A stretch of 64,000 bases of DNA from Camelus dromedarius (Eukaryota). The stretch spans positions 27,220,001 to 27,284,000 of the forward strand of contig NC_087436.1 of the NCBI RefSeq assembly GCF_036321535.1, given 5' to 3'. This document shows, in pieces, positions 12,042 to 25,461 of the stretch (positions are counted from its first letter, which is position 1; each line of letters begins with the position of its first letter). The translations under genes and the position numbers were made by a program. Below the pieces are notes generated by a model. It was not told where the DNA came from and ran no database searches. It saw nothing but the letters and a program-made list of their open reading frames with translations.

Positions 12042-15000
12042 AAAAATTCTAGGATCCTGTAGACTATGTAAATCCTCAGGTTAGTAAAATTTAGAAACTA
12101 TTTACATATGAAATTCCCACAGAGGTGAGCATACTCAAAAAATGCTTGAAGAATGCTATTCAAGGTTCATGCATAGCATTCTGAAGTTAATGTTTCAGAA
12201 AACAGCAACAAAAATCCTATGCAACATGACCGAAACAATGGAAAAATGGAAAATTCATGGGCATCAGGGGAAAGCCATTCCATTTTCCTCTGTGGAGAAA
12301 TCAAAAGAGCCTTCTCTGGGTGGAGGCCTGAAAGTTTTCACCACGCTAGTAAAGCAAATAATGAAAAATCCATTCTTCCCTATAAAATTGCAGATGTATA
12401 AAGATTAAGTGCAAAACGCTCAAATTTTAAAAAGAACCAACAGTTAATCAACAACACGTTTTCTCATACTATCTTTGAAATCTCATGATGTATTTGTTTT
12501 CCTATATTTGAGAAGTGACCTATCAAATATTTTTAAAATGCTAATAAAATAAAAAACGAAGCTATATAAATATCTTAGCAATAAAATACTCCACATTTTT
12601 AGTCCCTGGAAGGACTTTTTGGTTTCACTGTTCATACTTTTCTTATTACTAGTAAGATCCATTTAAACCTATAATTGTCTCATTTGAGCTCAGCATGGTT
12701 ACCATTTAAAAGCTTTCTTTTTTTAAGATGTCCATACTGCTCTAGTGCATAATGAGCTGTTTGCAATCTTGTGATAGCATGATGAGACCCTCACTTGAGC
12801 CTAGAATGATTGCATCTTAGCTCAGTATGAATGCTGTACTGATGCTTTGTATTTCATGCTTTGAAAGGAAGAAACAATAAATTAAAATAGCAATTGAAAC
12901 CCAATATATCATTTCAGATTTCAAACCACAGGTTCTTTATGTGCCTTAGATACAAAGTGCTAACTGAAAGTTTACTTCACGTGGGAAAAATGATGTAATT
13001 AGAACATGTTTTTCATTAAGACACTGTAGTTATTATTTGGTTATTTTGTTTAATCTTAAATAATTTGTTATTCAGCCAAGTATATTTGAAATGTTAATTG
13101 TAGTTCCAGAGTATTTTAAATTATCTTTCTCATGGAATTTCAAAAGAAACATATTGTTAAAAGAAATACATGTAGTTAATGAACTGTAATAGTAAATAAT
13201 ATAAGTATTTTATGTTAACATATATAGCTGTAACTACATATTGGTGTCATTTCATCAATCTATATTTTAACGTAATTTTAATTTTTCACTAAAACATGAT
13301 CTCCAAGTCAAATAAATCTCTTAAAATCTATTTCACTTTAATCAGTTGTCAATTTTCTTTTCTGAACAATTACTATTCAGAGGCTAGAAAAGATGGGAAA
13401 TGGGAAAGAACATGTTTTATTATTACTTGGTAAACACCTTTAATTTTATAGTTGGCTTATGTTTCTTGAGTACTTATTTTTCAGAATAACAATAGCTAAA
13501 AAAAAAACCAAAACCTAAACAACATTATTTTATTTTAAGACTAAAGATGTCATACAAAGGACAATTCAGAGTTCATTATTTAATATAATTCTTCTAGGTC
13601 ATTAAAATGAAACATCTATTTATGCAACTTTCTTTATCTGGATCTTACTCATGATATGACTCAATGTATAACTAAGAAGATAAAAATCATCTGAGGAAGC
13701 TTATTTAAACTAAAAGACTGTTTTTGGAGAGCATATAGTTGTATGTTACATACAAGCACAGAATATAAAGAGGTACTTGCAAGATACACATTTTATGCAG
13801 TATACGTGTAAAAAAGTTTCAGCTTATCAAAACAAAAGTATTTAATCTTCTATTTTAAGATATATTATTCAACATATTCAGTAATTTGGCATAACTTTAT
13901 ACTGTATAATACATCCCTTTTCTCCTTTAATGGCCTTATATTTACATTTTCATAATGGATAATTCACTCCTCCTCTATTGTACCTGTTGTTTTATTCAGG
14001 ATTGGGTCCATATACTCTTTTTATTTACAAGTCATATAAAGTGCTAAATTTATTTATCAGGAAACTCTCATTGTATAAGTAATTAATAGTTGTGATCCTA
14101 AACTATAAATAATCAAGTGATATTTTGTGAATATATTCAAATAGCATAGGGATATGTTTTAAAAGTAATTTATAATCTAAAATTTCTGAAGGCTGAGGAT
14201 ATTTAAATGGAAGGAATATTCTCATATTTTAATGGGAAAAATTAAGATTAACAGTGGTAACCCATTCTTCTCCCCTTTTTTGTCAAAAGGTTGTTGTTAT
14301 TTTAAATGCAACATTGAATTGCTTTTGAAAATTATTGAATGAGACTATGTACATTTTCATTCAATGTGTAAGTGAAAGATGCTTCATGTAGGTTTACTTT
14401 CCAGTTTCAGAAATGTATAGACTAGTCTTTATTCAAAATAAAAATCACATTGATTAAGTAATTGTTTTACATTAGTACTAGAAGTATACAAGTTTTACTC
14501 TTTCAAATACATAATTTGTACCGTAACTTTAAAGACAAAAGGAAAATAGAGTTAGCATTCTTCCAAAACAGATTAGTAGCAAAAAAGAGCCATTTTACTA
14601 TGGAATGGATGATTGATTATATTTTATCATGGTGTTTTGCAGTCCTGTTTTCATTAAAATCTGTTGACAATATAAAATAAACAAACGTAATTATCTCTGA
14701 AAACAACACTAAACTAACCCCAACAAATCCAGCAGTATGTTCCAAGCACAAAGAACCTATTTGCAGGTATCACTTGATTTTTTAAAAGAAAGTGAAATGA
14801 AAAAGAAAACCAAAATTTCAGATGCCTTTAAACATTTCTTATTTCAGCATCTTATATGTGGAACTACTGTGCTATTCCTGTGAGAGCAAATCTTATGACA
14901 TATGAATAGTATTTAAAATGAAATGTTACTAAATTATTTCAGACTCATAAAAAGTGAAGGCTTTTTCATAAATTTTGAAAACAATTTATATTTATAAAAG

Positions 15001-16149
15001 ATGTATATACAACAATTTAAGTGTGGTATTTTCCAGTGGCATAACAAAATAAGATCATTTTTAAGTACATGCCTCATTAGGCAGTTTAATTTTAATTTTA
15101 ATCCCTGGTTGGTGTGAGTTTCTTAATGTGTTGAATACAGGATTAAACCTTACACCACACACCAGATGTAAAATAGCATTTTTCCTCAATAAGTCATAGT
15201 TTATATGCACATTTTATTTCCTGATTAGTGGAGTCCCAAAATTACTATGCATAATTTCTGCATAATATCTGCAATTGTATTGTTAAAATCTAACTTAATT
15301 TAATTCCATTTTATGGATAAAATAAAATATAATTCAGTTATACCAATGGGAATAAATAAAACTATAGATATTACTTCAGGAGATTTTAGAAGGGATAGAA
15401 TTATATAAAGTCATACTAAAATACAACTGTATCTATATTTGTACTGAGAAGTAAATTCTTCTCTGTTTATATTTAGACATGTATAAGTCTATCAATAAAC
15501 CAATTTTTCCATCAAAAATGGGATGCCCCCTCCTGTTAGGTTTTAACAGTTGGTTTCAAAACTGTGTTTTGCTTTGTGATATCCCACAGTTCCTGAAATA
15601 ACAACATGTAGTTACCCATTATCTACACCTGGAATGGGTGATGATTTTCTTTTTTAATATGTAAAATGAAGAATATTAACTTTCAATTAGAGTAAATAAT
15701 TGTAAGCAACTATTTCTAACCTTAGATGACTATTTTTTATGTCTTAAAATAACAAGAGAGAATATTTTAAAATAAAAAATCACATCTCTTTTTTATGAAT
15801 ATACATTTAAATGATAAGTTGTAACTGTAACATATAACGTATAACATAATACAGATTTTGGAAAATACTTTTGTCTATTCTTTCTTCCATTAAGTGAATT
15901 TGCATTTTGAAAAATTAAATAAGTGTCAATTTAAAATTATTTAAATACATGAGAAAACTATTAAAAGGCTTCTGCTTCCTAAGAAGTAAGACAGAATAAA
16001 ATTAAACTGAAGTGATCTGGGAGATTAAAATTGTTTTTTTTTTTCCAGTTTAGCATTCTATTTTGCTGAGAACAATAAAACTAAATAACAACCCAAATTA
16101 TTTTTTATTGATAGCGATTACTTTAAAAAAATATATGAAGTAACCCTCT

Positions 16150-16770
16150 GAGTTGCATATTACCTGATCTCTGTTTGGTGTTTGGTACTGTTGACCATTT
16201 TCTCCAACTTGAAATTTGTAATTCCTTTGATTTCTATGACAATGTTATTTCCTACTTCACCTTTCTCCTTAACTCCTCCTTTGCAGTGTTTTATGTCTTT
16301 TCTTTTACTCAAACCTTAAATGGTTATCTTTTCACATTCTACTCTCCCATTCTTTGTAATTGTTTTTACTCCTTCCACGTGAGTTCCCTTAAAGAATCCA
16401 AGTTACCCAACCTCATCACCTACAACTCACAATGAGTACAGGCAGAATCTTGTCTGGTAGTGAACACATAATTATTTAAGGGTATATGTGACAGGTATAT
16501 AATATTCTCAAATTAGCTCAATAGGTTCTCCTGAAACCTTTTCCTTATTTTATATTTTCCTTTTTGGTTAATAAAAAATACTGTTAGATTGGTTACCCAA
16601 GTAAGAAACTCACTGTAAAAGTTAACTATAAAATTGCTTCTTCAGTACCTAGACTCAAGTCACTTACTAAGCCTGTTGACTTGCTGTTTCTACTTCTTAA
16701 TATCTTTCACATCTGTCTTCTTCATTTTTAGGCCTGCTGCTTGTTTCACATCATGATTTACTTCTGCCTT
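16150..16770 (+). mobile_element. L2 LINE fragment (RT region)
   Basis: ORF 16175-16435 'VFGTVDHFLQLEICNSFDFYDNVISYF' resembles L2 RT 'AFDTVDHSLLLETLSSLGF.D..LSWF'. Pyrimidine-rich, as L2 is. Confidence 0.65.
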
Positions 16771-16844
16771 TAATAATACAAAAACAAAATCACACACACA
16801 CACAAAAACTGACCATGGGATAAAAACAATGCCTGTTATAGTGG

Positions 16845-17075
16845 ATAAAATTTATCAAGTATATTTTATGGTTTGGGCACTGTTCCGTTGCTTCACGTGG
16901 ATAATCTTGATACATCCACAAAACTGCCTCTGAAGCTTCTACTGTCTCTCTTTCACAGAGGAGGAAACTGGGACCCTAAGTGTTTAGGTAATTTGCCCAT
17001 TGTCACTTGGATAACAAGTGCAGAGCTGAGATGGGAAAACAGAGTCTGGGATTTCGTTTCTGAATTCTTGAAACC
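16845..17075 (-). mobile_element. MIR SINE
   Basis: Antisense MIR core 'tttcacagaggaggaaactggga...ggtaatttgcccattgtcac...gcagagctgagat'. Confidence 0.75.
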
Positions 17076-17149
17076 TCCTCTATGTGATCTCTTATTTAAA
17101 AAGTCTAGTTTTCTTAATGTGAAGAGCTTCCGTAATTAAATGGCTACCT

Positions 17150-17562
17150 CTCTCTCTATACCATCTGATAATATTCTCCATTTTAGGTCTTCATCTCAGG
17201 CATTCCATGCCCATACAGCTTCCTGAATGTGTGCTTCATTCTTTCCTGTCTCCATGTAGTTGTTGCCTCTGAAACATTGTGCACTCTCTCTTTGCTTCTT
17301 AAATGCCTGTTGAACTATTTTCCACTCAGTATCCTGCTTAATTATTTTGCAGTTCATCTTTAACCAACTAGAGCATGGTTTGTTGAGTTCTTCTTTTGCT
17401 ACACTGTATTGTTGCTCTTATAGCAGTGCATTTACACCATTTACGTATCTTCCTGATTCATCTGCTACAACATGGTACAGGGACAGGTGTATCATTGCAT
17501 GTACATTATTTATCTTCATACTCTTGCATACTATAGACATTTAGTAATATTTACTAAATGAG
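17150..17562 (+). mobile_element. L2 3' end
   Basis: Ends 'catactatagacatttagtaatatttactaaatga', like the L2 terminus; probably continues the 16150 fragment. Confidence 0.5.
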
Positions 17563-18454
17563 TTCCAGATTTCCCAATTATATTTTTTCTCTAGCAACAG
17601 AACTAGCACTATTTTAGAATAAGGCTCCCTAGAGTTACTGTATGTCTGATATTTCAATCACATAATAATCTCAATTCATGGGAGCAGGCTCTCCAAGTGA
17701 AAGATTCAGAAGTAGTAAGCTGAGTGGACCTACCCATAGTACAATGCATAGGTGTAATCCCTCTTTCGACACATTTCTTACTGTGGGTATTTGTGGTCTC
17801 CCTTATTTTAGTGTTGTTTTCACCTTAGTTCTAATATGACCTATTTTGAATCTGTAAAATGACTTGTTCCTGTTAGTAGGATCCCATTGGTCTGTTCCTT
17901 CCCCAGTAGATTTCCAGGACTTCATGAGTTCAGCCAGCAAACAAAAGTCAAATACAGTTTCTTCCAAAGTGTACATCCTCATTTTAACACTACTTTAAGC
18001 AATTGGCAGTTTTATATACTAAATGTGTCAAGTTTTATGAAATCCTGAACTAAGAATCAGGGTCCCAACAGAGAATAAATAAATGCATTATGAATAAATA
18101 AATGAATATATAAATACAAAATTTCATGCATTAAATTAAACCCATTTTTTCCAATTAAGTTATAATATAAAAATATTGTGACACATTAGTTCTTTTATCT
18201 CTATCATGTCAGATAGTTATATAATTAATATTGATGAGCTAGAAACTATTTTATATTAGACTATCAATACATATTAAAATTTTTAAAAATGAACAAAGAT
18301 ATCACTTGGATATTGTGTTAAACTACTTTCACAGTTTAGCTGGAGTTGCAGGTTTGAGAGACTAAGACAATTTGTTTTATTGTTCCATTAATTTTATAGT
18401 TTCCTTGTAGTATTATAATACTTATCTATAAAATCAAATGAGTTTTGCTTTGGT

Positions 18455-19022
18455 GTTGTTTTGGTTATTAATTGCTGCATAGCAGACTATCCATAAATTT
18501 TTGAATTAAAATAATAATCACTTTACTATATTTCATAATTTTATGGGTCAGGAAATGGAGCAGAGCTCAGCTGGACAATTCTGCTCTACACGGCAAAAGC
18601 TGGATTCCCTGGGTGGTATTCAGCTGGTGCCTGGTGTGGTCTCGAGGTCAAACAAATTAATCCTCATGCCCAGTGACTTGATGGGAACATCTGAATGGTT
18701 ACATTCAGTAGGAACCCTCCCTCTCTCAGTGTGATCTCAGGGCCTCCACGTGCATTCTCTCCAGTATACTTCGGCCTCTGACAAAGCTTCTTAGGGATCC
18801 AAGAGTGAACTTTCCAAGAGGCCCAGGGAAAAGCTGCAAGATTCTGATGACCTAAGCTCTGAAGTTCTAGAACAACTTACCTACCATATTCAGTTTCCAA
18901 GCAAATCCCTACTCAAGCCCTGATTCAAGAGAAAGAAATAGATGCTTCTTCTTGATGGCAAATGAGGTACCTGTTTAAGAAGAGAAAGGACTGATGGCAA
19001 TCTTCTTGGAAATTTTATCATA
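18455..19022 (-). mobile_element. MaLR LTR (MLT1F/G/H-like)
   Basis: Antisense MLT1 motifs 'attgctgcatagcagactatcc', 'tttatgggtcaggaaatggagcagagctcagctgg', 'gaaaagctgcaag...ccctgattcaagag'. Confidence 0.75.
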
Positions 19023-20439
19023 GTTAGTTACTCTCAGCAAAAAAAAAAAAACCTTTAAGAATCACAACCCAAATAGTCCTAGATTCCACCAAGATTGTCC
19101 TAATATCTTATTTTAATTTTTTAATATTTAAAACCATGCACATACTTTACCAGTTTTGTTATATATGTTTATACATGTGATATCCAACAATTCTATTTAT
19201 AGAAAATTTCACACGAAGTACATAATTGTGATTTTCCCCTAAAGAATATGCTTAAAATTTAGACCAAAATAATGAAATTATTTATTTAGATGCTCAATTT
19301 CTACTTAGAGCCAAATCTCATTCTTCATTCTCCAGTGTACTTCTATTCTCCATCTCTTTGGGACACAGATGGCTCAAGTTTCAGGGACAAAAAACAAATG
19401 TGAGCAAATTTGGAATTGAGTCTGGAAGAGCAGAAATTTATTTTTTTTCCTCTTTTCATGTACTAAGTCCAAAAATATTCTTAGCCACTGAGAATATGTT
19501 GACGATGGGTAGAATATGACTAGAGTGGCTTTCTTAAACTCCTCTTTCTGTATGCTTTTCAAAGTGTATCACTTCCCATATTGTTAGGTTTCATTTGCTG
19601 TATTCTTCAATATTTTACCTATGGGTGCTAGAATTTCTTTTGATGTTATTATTTCAGGCAAACATCACTTTACACTAAATTTTAATTTTTGTCAAGTGAA
19701 ACAAAACATTGGCTAATTCCAGTGTATTTCTTCATTCAATAAATTTCATGTGAGGAAAAATGGTACTATAAGCAATTCACTTTAAATGCATTAATCTTGG
19801 ATCCTAGAGTGAATCGACTATCTCCCACTTAGTAATGTTGCAAATTTTACATTAAATACTAGGACCCTTATTTGTGTAGTAAAAATGCTATCATCCATAG
19901 GGCTACTTTAATAAAAATATTTACTGTGATAAATTTTCTTTGTATCGTTGCACTCAAATAAATCCGATTTGATCAATATACTTTTTTCTTTTTAAAATTT
20001 GAATAAGAATGAATTCAATTGCAATATTTTCATTTAGAACTTTTTACCCGTGCCTCTGAGTGAGATCGTCCTTGTCAGGTTTGGTGGGAAGTTTACGTAA
20101 GCCTTGTAAAAAGATGGGAACTATTTCCTCCTTTTGTATTCTCTTCAGATACTTGAATAATATTGATATTATTCACATACTCTTACATATGCAATAGAAA
20201 TTAATGGAATCCCTCCGTATTCCCAGATTTTATTTGTATATTTTACCTATTGATTTATTTCCAATGATCATTTTAATTTTTATGTTTTTTAATCTTCTAT
20301 TTCATCTCAGTAATACATTTTTAAAGAAAATATCCATCTTATATAGCTTATAATTTTTCAAAAGTATTGAATTAAAATATTTCAATTGATTATAGTTTTA
20401 TTGTGAAACTGTTCATCTCTACAGGAATGGAAATTAACA

Positions 20440-22520
20440 AATAATCATCATTTAAAAAAATAGTAATAAAATAAGCAGCATGATTCTCATCACCCATTTA
20501 AAGAAAAGGAGAAGTACCAAAATCTCTGGAGCTGCCTTTCTGCCCTTCTTAATTCACTTATTCTTCTCCCTAACAAAGTAAAATTAACTGAAAAAAAAAT
20601 ATGAATGTATGTTAAAAAGTAAAATGTATTATAAACATAAAGATATATATTGCCTTATGTTGTTTTAATTTATTAGTATATATGTATGTAACCATAAAAT
20701 AACAATTGTTTAGCTTTCCCTGTTTTGGGACATTTTATAAATGGAATTATACAATTTGTGTGAAGCCAATTATATCACACAAAATTAGCTTTGGTTGTGG
20801 AATAGGAAGAATGACACCCCTAAGAAGCCCACAGCCTAATCTCTGAAATCAGTGACTATGTCATGTTACCCAGCAAAGGGACTTTGCAGGTGTGACTAAG
20901 TTTATGGACCTTAAAACAGGGAGGTCACCAGGATTATGTGTGGGCCCAAAGGAATTGTATGAGCCCGCAAATGCTGAGAACTTTGGCTGAATCAGAGAAA
21001 TGGGGACAGAAGAACTGAGAGATTCTGAGCATAAGAAAGAAGGAATGCACTGCTGCTGTTTTGAAGATGTAGGGAGCTATGTGGGAAGCATGAGAAGGAG
21101 AGAATTCTGCCAACAACCATTCAGCTTGGAAGAGCATCCTGAGCCCTCGATGAGAACTGCAGCCCCAGCCGCTTCTTGAGTACCCTTGAGTGTCCTAGAC
21201 TTCTGACCTAGAGAAATTATGAAATAATAAATAGGTATTGTTTTAAACCACAAAGTTGTGATGATTTTTATGGAACAACAGAAAATCAATGCAGATTGAT
21301 TCATATTGATTTGTATTTCTGTGCATACTTCCTTTCACTGATGAATAATATTCCACTTTTGAAAGTCCTGTAGTTTATTATCCATTCCACCATTAGTGTG
21401 CATTCCTTCCATTTCCTTCTATGAAGAATAATGCATCTAAAAGTACTTGTTTGTTTAGCCATATATATATATGTATGTCAAAGTATTTCTCTAAGATGTA
21501 TAGAAGACAGGAACTATTCATTGTAGATTTTGCCTCTATTAAACTTTATATTTCATAATAGTTTTTAAAAGTGATGTAGGGCCTTACACTCCCATCTTTA
21601 TGCCAGTAAGCTTGCTTATTCCTTCACATCACATCTTCTGCAACAACTGATAGTGTCTTAACTTCAATTTTTTGTTATCTATGTAATGATACCTTGTTAT
21701 GATTTTAGTTTCATCTTCTTGATTACTAATCAAGCTGAAAATATTCCTGAGAAATGCTTGTATACACAATTTAAATCATCTTCCCCCCCTTTTCTTTGGT
21801 CTTACTCTTACTGATTTATATGTACTCCTAAATATTCTGGAATATAATCCTTTTTCCAGGTATTATTATCTTCTCCAGGTTTGTGGTTTGTCTTTTAGTC
21901 TCCTTATGAAATATGTAATAAACACAGAAAACTAATAGTTATTATAAGATGGTAAAATGTATCTATAGCTTCCCTTGTAGTTTGCACATGTGTCTTGCAG
22001 TGGAAAGATAATTTCTATCCTAAAGTCATAAAGATATTCTTAAATAAAATTTCCTGAAAGATTTGAAATTTATTTCATAGTTAACACATTCATACATCTG
22101 GATGGAGATATTTTTTTTGTGAAGCCAGGACAAATCCCCATTGCATTTGGATCTAGATAAATGCTAGTCTTTGTACCATGTATGCAAACTTCAGTTCTTT
22201 CTGCACTAATATTGCCACTGTCATGTATCAACTTTCCGTAGCTATGTACTCCATTCATATCCAGTATTCTAGTGCAACAACAGTACACTTTCTTAGTCAC
22301 AGTAATTTTCTACTTTGTGTTGGTATCTAGTAGAGCAAGCTCTTATTTTTACCTCATTCTTCTTCGAGTATTTTGACTGTTCTAATAGCTTTGCTAATTC
22401 ACATACATTTTAAAAATCTTTTGTCAATCTCAAGGAAAATTTCAATTGGCATTCTATATTTCTTGGTAAATTTGATATATTTACAATATTGGATCTTTTC
22501 CATAAGAACAGTACATCTTT
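20440..22520 (-). mobile_element. Old L1 (L1ME-like) 3' region, interrupted by MLT1
   Basis: Antisense L1 motifs 'ttttataaatggaattatac', 'tgaataatattccact...tttattatccattccac', 'tctttgtcaatctcaaggaaaatttcaattggcattctat'. Confidence 0.62.
20796..21293 (+). mobile_element. MaLR LTR (MLT1D/E-like)
   Basis: TG...CA ends; 'atgttacccagcaaagggactttgcaggtgtgactaag', 'aattctgccaacaacc', 'gacttctgacctagagaaattatgaaataataaataggtattgttttaaacc'. Confidence 0.85.
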
Positions 22521-22689
22521 TCTGAATAAAATAATGTATTAAGTATCTCAATGTAATCATACTTTCCTACCTCTATATCATTTGGGGGCAATATTATAGT
22601 TTTAACGTTCTTTAACCACAGTTAGAAGTTATTTTTATTGTTTTATTCAGTAATTTTAAAAAATGTACCAAGTGTTTGAAGATTTATTT

Positions 22690-23500
22690 GGCACCATTGC
22701 CTCATGCATCTCAGAACTTCCTTCTTAGATCATTTTCTCTTTTAAAACTATATACTAGAAGTTAACTTAGTGAGATTTTGTTGTAGGAATATTTTCCACT
22801 ATTTGACCTACTTTTGAATGATAATTTACAGATACAAAATTCTATTTCATGCAGTATTTTGTATATAGTTCACTTTCTTACGTGTTTCAATGTTGCTGCT
22901 CAGTTGATTGCTCTCAGTTAAATTACTACTTCTTTGCAAATCATCTGTCTGCCTTCTAACTGGCTGCTTTCAAAATGCTCTTTGTCTTTTGTGTTTAGCA
23001 GTTTTCCTATATTGGGTGAAGAGTATGGCTCTTCTCAGTGGTATACTGGTAAACTAGCTCTCCAGAGAAAATCCCCTGACCTGCAATGTTTGTAGATTTC
23101 CATTGTGTAGATATTTTCATCATGGACTATTCAAGTGACCAGTTTTTCAAAGATCAGCTGGCAAATTCCTGAATGTTTAACAAATGACTCTTGTGGGGCA
23201 ATATGAACTAGCTCCAGCATACCACTGCCTTTCTTCAGTTTATCCTGTAATGGAGCCATTTGCTTACTGAATCCAAGGCTTCATAAATTTCATCAATTTT
23301 GGAAAATCCTCAGTATCTCTCTGTGTTTTTATCTCTGTCTCATTCCGAAACTTCAATTAAATACATGTTAGACCTTCTCATTCTATCCTCTACATCTCTC
23401 ATCCTCCTCCCTTTTATCAATTTTCTTTTCTATGTTGTATTTTGGATAATATATTTAGATCTGTCTTTCTGTAAATTTTTTTATCCTTCTTTTCATTTAG
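22690..23500 (-). mobile_element. Very old L1/HAL1 ORF1-region fragment
   Basis: Antisense motifs 'ctggctgctttcaaaatgctctttgtcttttgtgtttagcagtttt' and 'aattaaatacatgttagaccttctcattctatcctc'. Split by MER63. Confidence 0.45.
23036..23227 (-). mobile_element. MER63A-like hAT MITE
   Basis: Terminal inverted repeats cagtggtatactgg...ccagcataccactg; the internal sequence matches the recalled MER63A consensus in antisense. Confidence 0.8.
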
Positions 23501-25461
23501 GTTGTAGCTTATCAGTGTTCCTGGCTTGTTGTAATATTTGCTATTACAGTAACTCAGCTAATGATCGCTAAGCAGCTTGTCTCCAATAAACCATTAAAAT
23601 TCAAGGCTCCAAGTTACTGGTATCAGTAGAAACTTACAAAATAACGTTTGCTTTGGCTTAAGTGTTTTCTTTGAACTCATTTTAGATTTCTCTTAGATTT
23701 TTACCCTTGGTTTATTATTATTGCTTAATTATGAGCTCTGTCAAAAATATGAAAGTGCATTTGTTATATCATAGTCAGCATTTCTAAAGGTTTATAAAGG
23801 AATAGTTTTAAGAATATTAATCTGACGTGTTGCCAAGAGTAGAATACTATTTTATTTGTATATGCAAATCAATAACTGACTGTACTTCAATTAAAAAAAG
23901 TAAAGTAGAAAATTACACAAACAGTAACAGTCAGCAAATGGTGTCTATGACATTGTGCATGATATGTAAATTGGTGGAAATGTTCTGCTGCCACTGACCT
24001 TTCCTTCATCCATTATGTGCTTGTCATGGTATAGTTACTTAATGATATGTCACTTGAATTCATGTCGTAATTATTTATTTAGAATAAAAACATTTAAATC
24101 ATTTTATATATCAAGGTTCTTTGTGTTTTGGATGTTATGCTAAAAAGCCAGTGTTTAATGTGAACGTCATGTAAAGATATCAAGAAGCTTAATGTAGACA
24201 ACATGCAAGTGCGTTCATTCTTTACTCCAAGGAAGGGTTTAACTTCATTTTGTAAAACAGTTTGCATTCATGTATATGACTCATATTGGTAGAACATAAA
24301 GATACTTGTTTTTGAAGCACATGATGTATTATTCGGAAATTTTCTATACTTTAAGAGTTGGAACTTACCATTCACAGTTATGTAAATGTTTACTCTTTTT
24401 TTTTCCACTCTAATTTTACGTTGAGCCCCAAAGCTACACTCAATAAAAATTATAGTCATATTTTGTATTTAAATAAATTATGTTTCATATAATTTAGCAT
24501 CATTTATAGGCAACAAACTAGAAAAGAAGAGGATTTGACATACATGTCTAATATTTTAGTTAATAACTTGCTGTATATATTGACACCATTATTCAGAAAA
24601 GTAAACTAGTGAGAGCAAAGCAGTTTTGTGGCTTCTGTTTCTTAATTGTCTTTTAGTCCTGCATGTAATACACAGAGGTAAGACAATAAATTATTGTGAA
24701 AATAAGCTGACTTTATAGTGAGCTATTTACAAATATCTCTTGAAAATAACCTAATACTCTTTGAAGAGGAAGAAAAAATGACAGATTAAATTCTAGTTCC
24801 TCAAATTATTTGCATAGACTGATTGACATCAAAATCCATACTCTCGTTGAAAAACTCAGTATCTTGTTATATTCTGAATTGTTAATTTTTATTTGATAGT
24901 TCCAATGGTGAACACGCTTAAATGTTTTAAATCAACACTACAATTGTATGCATGAGACATTTTATCTAGAAAGAACACAGAAGTACCCTATTACTGAATT
25001 AGAATTACATGTCAATTCATGATAAAAAATAATAACCCCAAAATCCCTGGTGTGAAAATTCCAATAGATTATAAAGGTTGATTTTTTCTTTCTGGAATAG
25101 TCATCAGTCAGATGAGGCCTTCATAGTATGGATTTACCAAAACTCAGTATGTCTTTCCTTACTGCCATTTGAGCTCCCGATAAAGTTCTGTACAATTCTT
25201 TTTGAAAAGGAAATTGTTTTTGTCAGTTTTCTAATCCTTTGGATTTTCTTCCTAAAATCTCTTTTTAAAATTCAATGGTGAAATCTGTATATGGTGGATA
25301 TTTACATTGCCTTATTAAAGATACCCCACTTCATAATTTTTAATCTCTTTTGCAGTCACAATATGATTTACCATAATTGTGAGTATGTGAGCCTCTCTGG
25401 ATCCAGAATGTAGCTACATTTTACATGACCTCAAATCTTAATATTAGGGATTTCTGTCCCA

